Shown: piece after piece, positions 61,346-64,000 of the stretch | Layout of the letters: each line of letters starts with the position of its first letter | How positions within the stretch are numbered: position 1 is the first letter of the stretch | Origin: Leucoraja erinacea | Taxonomy: Eukaryota | Length of the DNA stretch: 64,000 nt | Assembly: GCF_028641065.1 (NCBI RefSeq) | Contig: NC_073389.1 | Coordinates: forward strand, 27,652,001-27,716,000 | Reading direction: 5' to 3' | The notes under the pieces: generated by a model | Database searches by the model: none | What the model was told of the DNA's origin: nothing | Seen by the model: the letters and a program-made list of their open reading frames with translations, nothing else | Translations under genes and position numbers: made by a program

Positions 61346-64000
61346 TGACAATAATAAACCTAAACCTACATCGAAATGATGGTGTAAACATGAGCAAAAA
61401 ATGTTGCTCTAATTTACTGGCTCAATATATACCTGCAGCAATTAGATACCAATTGTGTATGAGTGTTCAGAATGGCAATGCTCTAAGCTGTCATTTGAAC
61501 TTTCCGTTATTGTGGAAATATATGCTCTTGTGAATTTATATATACGGTGAGCTGAAGAAAAGCTCAGGTACAGCACAGGAACAGGCCCTTCAGCCCACTA
61601 TGTCTGTGCTGAACATGATGCCAGGTTAAACCAATCACTGCCTGCACATAATCCATATCCTTCCATCCTCTGTCTATCTAAAAGTCTCTTAAACTACACT
61701 ATCATTAAAGGTCTGAGGAAGGGCTCTGATTCAAATTGTCAACTATGTCTCGCAGAGAAGCTTCCTGACACTCAGTTACTCCAGCATTTTGCTTCTATCT
61801 GCAGTTCTTTGTTTCTACATCCTACAATCGATTGCCGTGCTTTGTCCCGCCCACACCTCTTTTCCAGCTTTCCTTCCCCCCTATCAGTCTGAAGAAGGGT
61901 CCCAATCCGAAGCGTCTTTTGTCCATTCCCTCCACAGGTGCTGCCTGACCAGCTGAGTTCCTCCAGCATTTTGTGTTTTACTCAAGATTCTGGCATCTGC
62001 AGTTCCTTGTGTGTCTTGTTTACAGGTACATGCTTTGCTTCAGTGAGGAGTCAAGTCAATGAAAGATTATTATTGAACTTTGCACAAGATCTTTGCTGCC
62101 TTTGATGTCTGGCCATGGGTTGAGGACTGAGAAATATGTCAAAATTGCCTTCAACCGTGTAATCTTTAGTAAGATTACAGTTTAGCTAACGCCAAGCTTG
62201 GCCCTGGGGTGAATAAACACTGAGGAATTCATGCAGAAATATGCATGTATATGTCAAAATACCAAGAAGAATATTACTGTTATTGTAAAACACTCGGCCG
62301 AGGCTGAGTGACGAGACTCCCAGCAGTCAGACCAAACACTCCGAAGCTGTATTAAATCATCTGGATTCCAGTTCAATTAGTTCCAATGCCGATCCTTTAC
62401 AAAATTAAAGGCCCATTGTTCAGACATTCCCGGTCTGTCTGATTGGGTTAACGGTTGGTGATGTCTGACGGCACTGGGCCTGTACTCGCTGGAGTTTAGA
62501 AGGATGAGGTGAGACCTCATTGAAACTATCCGAATAGTGAAGGGCCTGGATAGAGTGGATGTGGAGAAGATGTTTCCACTAGTGGGAGAGTCTAGGACCA
62601 GAGGTCACAGCCTCAGAATCTCTTTTAGAAAGGAGATGAGAAGGGTTTCCTTTAGTCAGAGGATGGTGAATGCGTGGAATTAATTGCCACTGATGGTTGT
62701 GGAGGAGAAGTCATTGGGTATTTTTAAGGCCGAGATTGACAGATTCTTGATTAGTAAGGGTGTCGGGGGTCATGGGGAGAAGGCGGCAGAAATATTTTGA
62801 GAGGGAAAGAAAGATCAGCCATGATTGAATGGCGGGGTAGACTCGATGGGCCGAATGGCCTAATTCTGCTCCTAGAACTTATGGCAGGGACAATCAAATA
62901 GAGTTTGGACCATAAGACACAGAAGCCAAATACCATTCTCCTGCCTTCTCCCCATAACCTTTGACATCCTTACCAACCACACCACTAGGGCGGCGCTGTG
63001 GCACAGCTGCCATGCCCTCTCAGCGCCAGGAACCCATGTCCGATCCTGACCTCCGGTGCTGTCAGTGCGGAGTTTGCACGTTCTCCATGTAACCGTTTGG
63101 TTTTTCTCCAGGTGCTCCAGTTTCCTCACACATCCCAAAGGGTTTGTAGGTTAATTGGCCTCTGTAAATTGCCCCTACTGTTTAGGGGGTAGATGTGAAA
63201 GTCGGATAACATAGAACTAGTGTGAATGGATGATCGCTGGTTGGCGTGGAATCGCTGGGCCGAAGGGCCTATTTTCATGCTGATAAATGTATATAAAATT
63301 ACGAGAGGCAGAGATAGGGTCAGACAGAACCTTTTCCCAGGGTGGAAATGTCAAAGAGTAGAGGGCATAACTTTAAGGTGAGAAGGGAAAAGTTTAAAGG
63401 AGATGTGCTGGGCAAGTTTTTTTACACAGAGGCTGGTGAATGCCTGGAACATGCTGCCTGGGATGGTGGTGGAGGCAGACACTATAGTGGCGTTTAATCT
63501 ACTTTTACAGAGGCACATGGAGATGCAGGGAATGGAGGGATATGCATCACGTGCAGGCAAATAAGGTCATTTTATCTTGCCATTATTCGGCACAAACATT
63601 GTGGGCCAAAGGGCCTGTTCCTGTGCTGTCATTTTCTGTGTCGTTAGATGAGTAAATAACACAGAATAGATTGTTAAAGTTACGTCACTGAAGGGTAATA
63701 GAGCAAGAACTCTTAACGTACCCATTAAGATAAATTAGTAAGTTCTATAATTTGCTAATATGGGTTCAAACACAAACCAGAGTGGCATTTTCATTTTGAC
63801 CTGCGCATTTAATTATATGTTGGTTTCTTTCTACTTGGAAGATCAGTTTCAGTATTAAGGAACAAGGCAGGAAGGAACGCTCCACTGCGATTGGGGCGGT
63901 ACGGTGGCACAGTGGGAGAGCTGCTGCCTTACAGCACCGGAGACCTGGGTTCGATCCTGACTAGCTGTGCTGTCTGTACTGAGTTTATATGTTCTCCCTG

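Noticed and set aside
53-63560. The many 60-150 aa ORFs in the ORF track
   Set aside because: Apart from those overlapping PTGFRN exons or LINE fragments, they are recurring translations of SINE, pLTR or CR1 repeats, or chance frames.
53050-64000. A second gene downstream of PTGFRN
   Set aside because: No convincing exon with splice sites and a recognisable translation was found; small exons cannot be excluded by eye.

Overview
Eukaryotic (vertebrate) genomic DNA, very probably a cartilaginous fish such as a skate or ray, inferred from its HE1/V-SINE, CR1, Rex1 and Penelope repeat content. It holds one complete protein-coding gene on the + strand, PTGFRN (CD9P-1/EWI-F). I reconstructed 9 coding exons by hand: 9172-9217, 35189-35554, 36375-36803, 38475-38858, 41401-41823, 44054-44458, 46925-47032, 49038-49337 and 52463-52626. 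All introns are GT-AG and phase 1. The CDS is 2625 nt (874 aa): signal peptide, 6 V-type Ig domains, a transmembrane segment and a short basic tail. Exon 1 lies in a CpG island, intron 1 is about 26 kb, and AATAAA lies at 52996. Most of the rest is nested transposon debris. The most interesting signal is a very abundant Penelope-like (GIY-YIG) retroelement-derived repeat whose centre matches a minimal hammerhead ribozyme (CTGAAGA-A-stemII-GAAA-CGTY). It integrates as fold-back palindromes. A young subfamily has 14-bp target-site duplications, and inside the gene its intact ribozyme cores are antisense. Protein and repeat family names come from motif recognition and recall, not from database searches. 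Repeat boundaries are approximate unless TSDs or TIRs are quoted.
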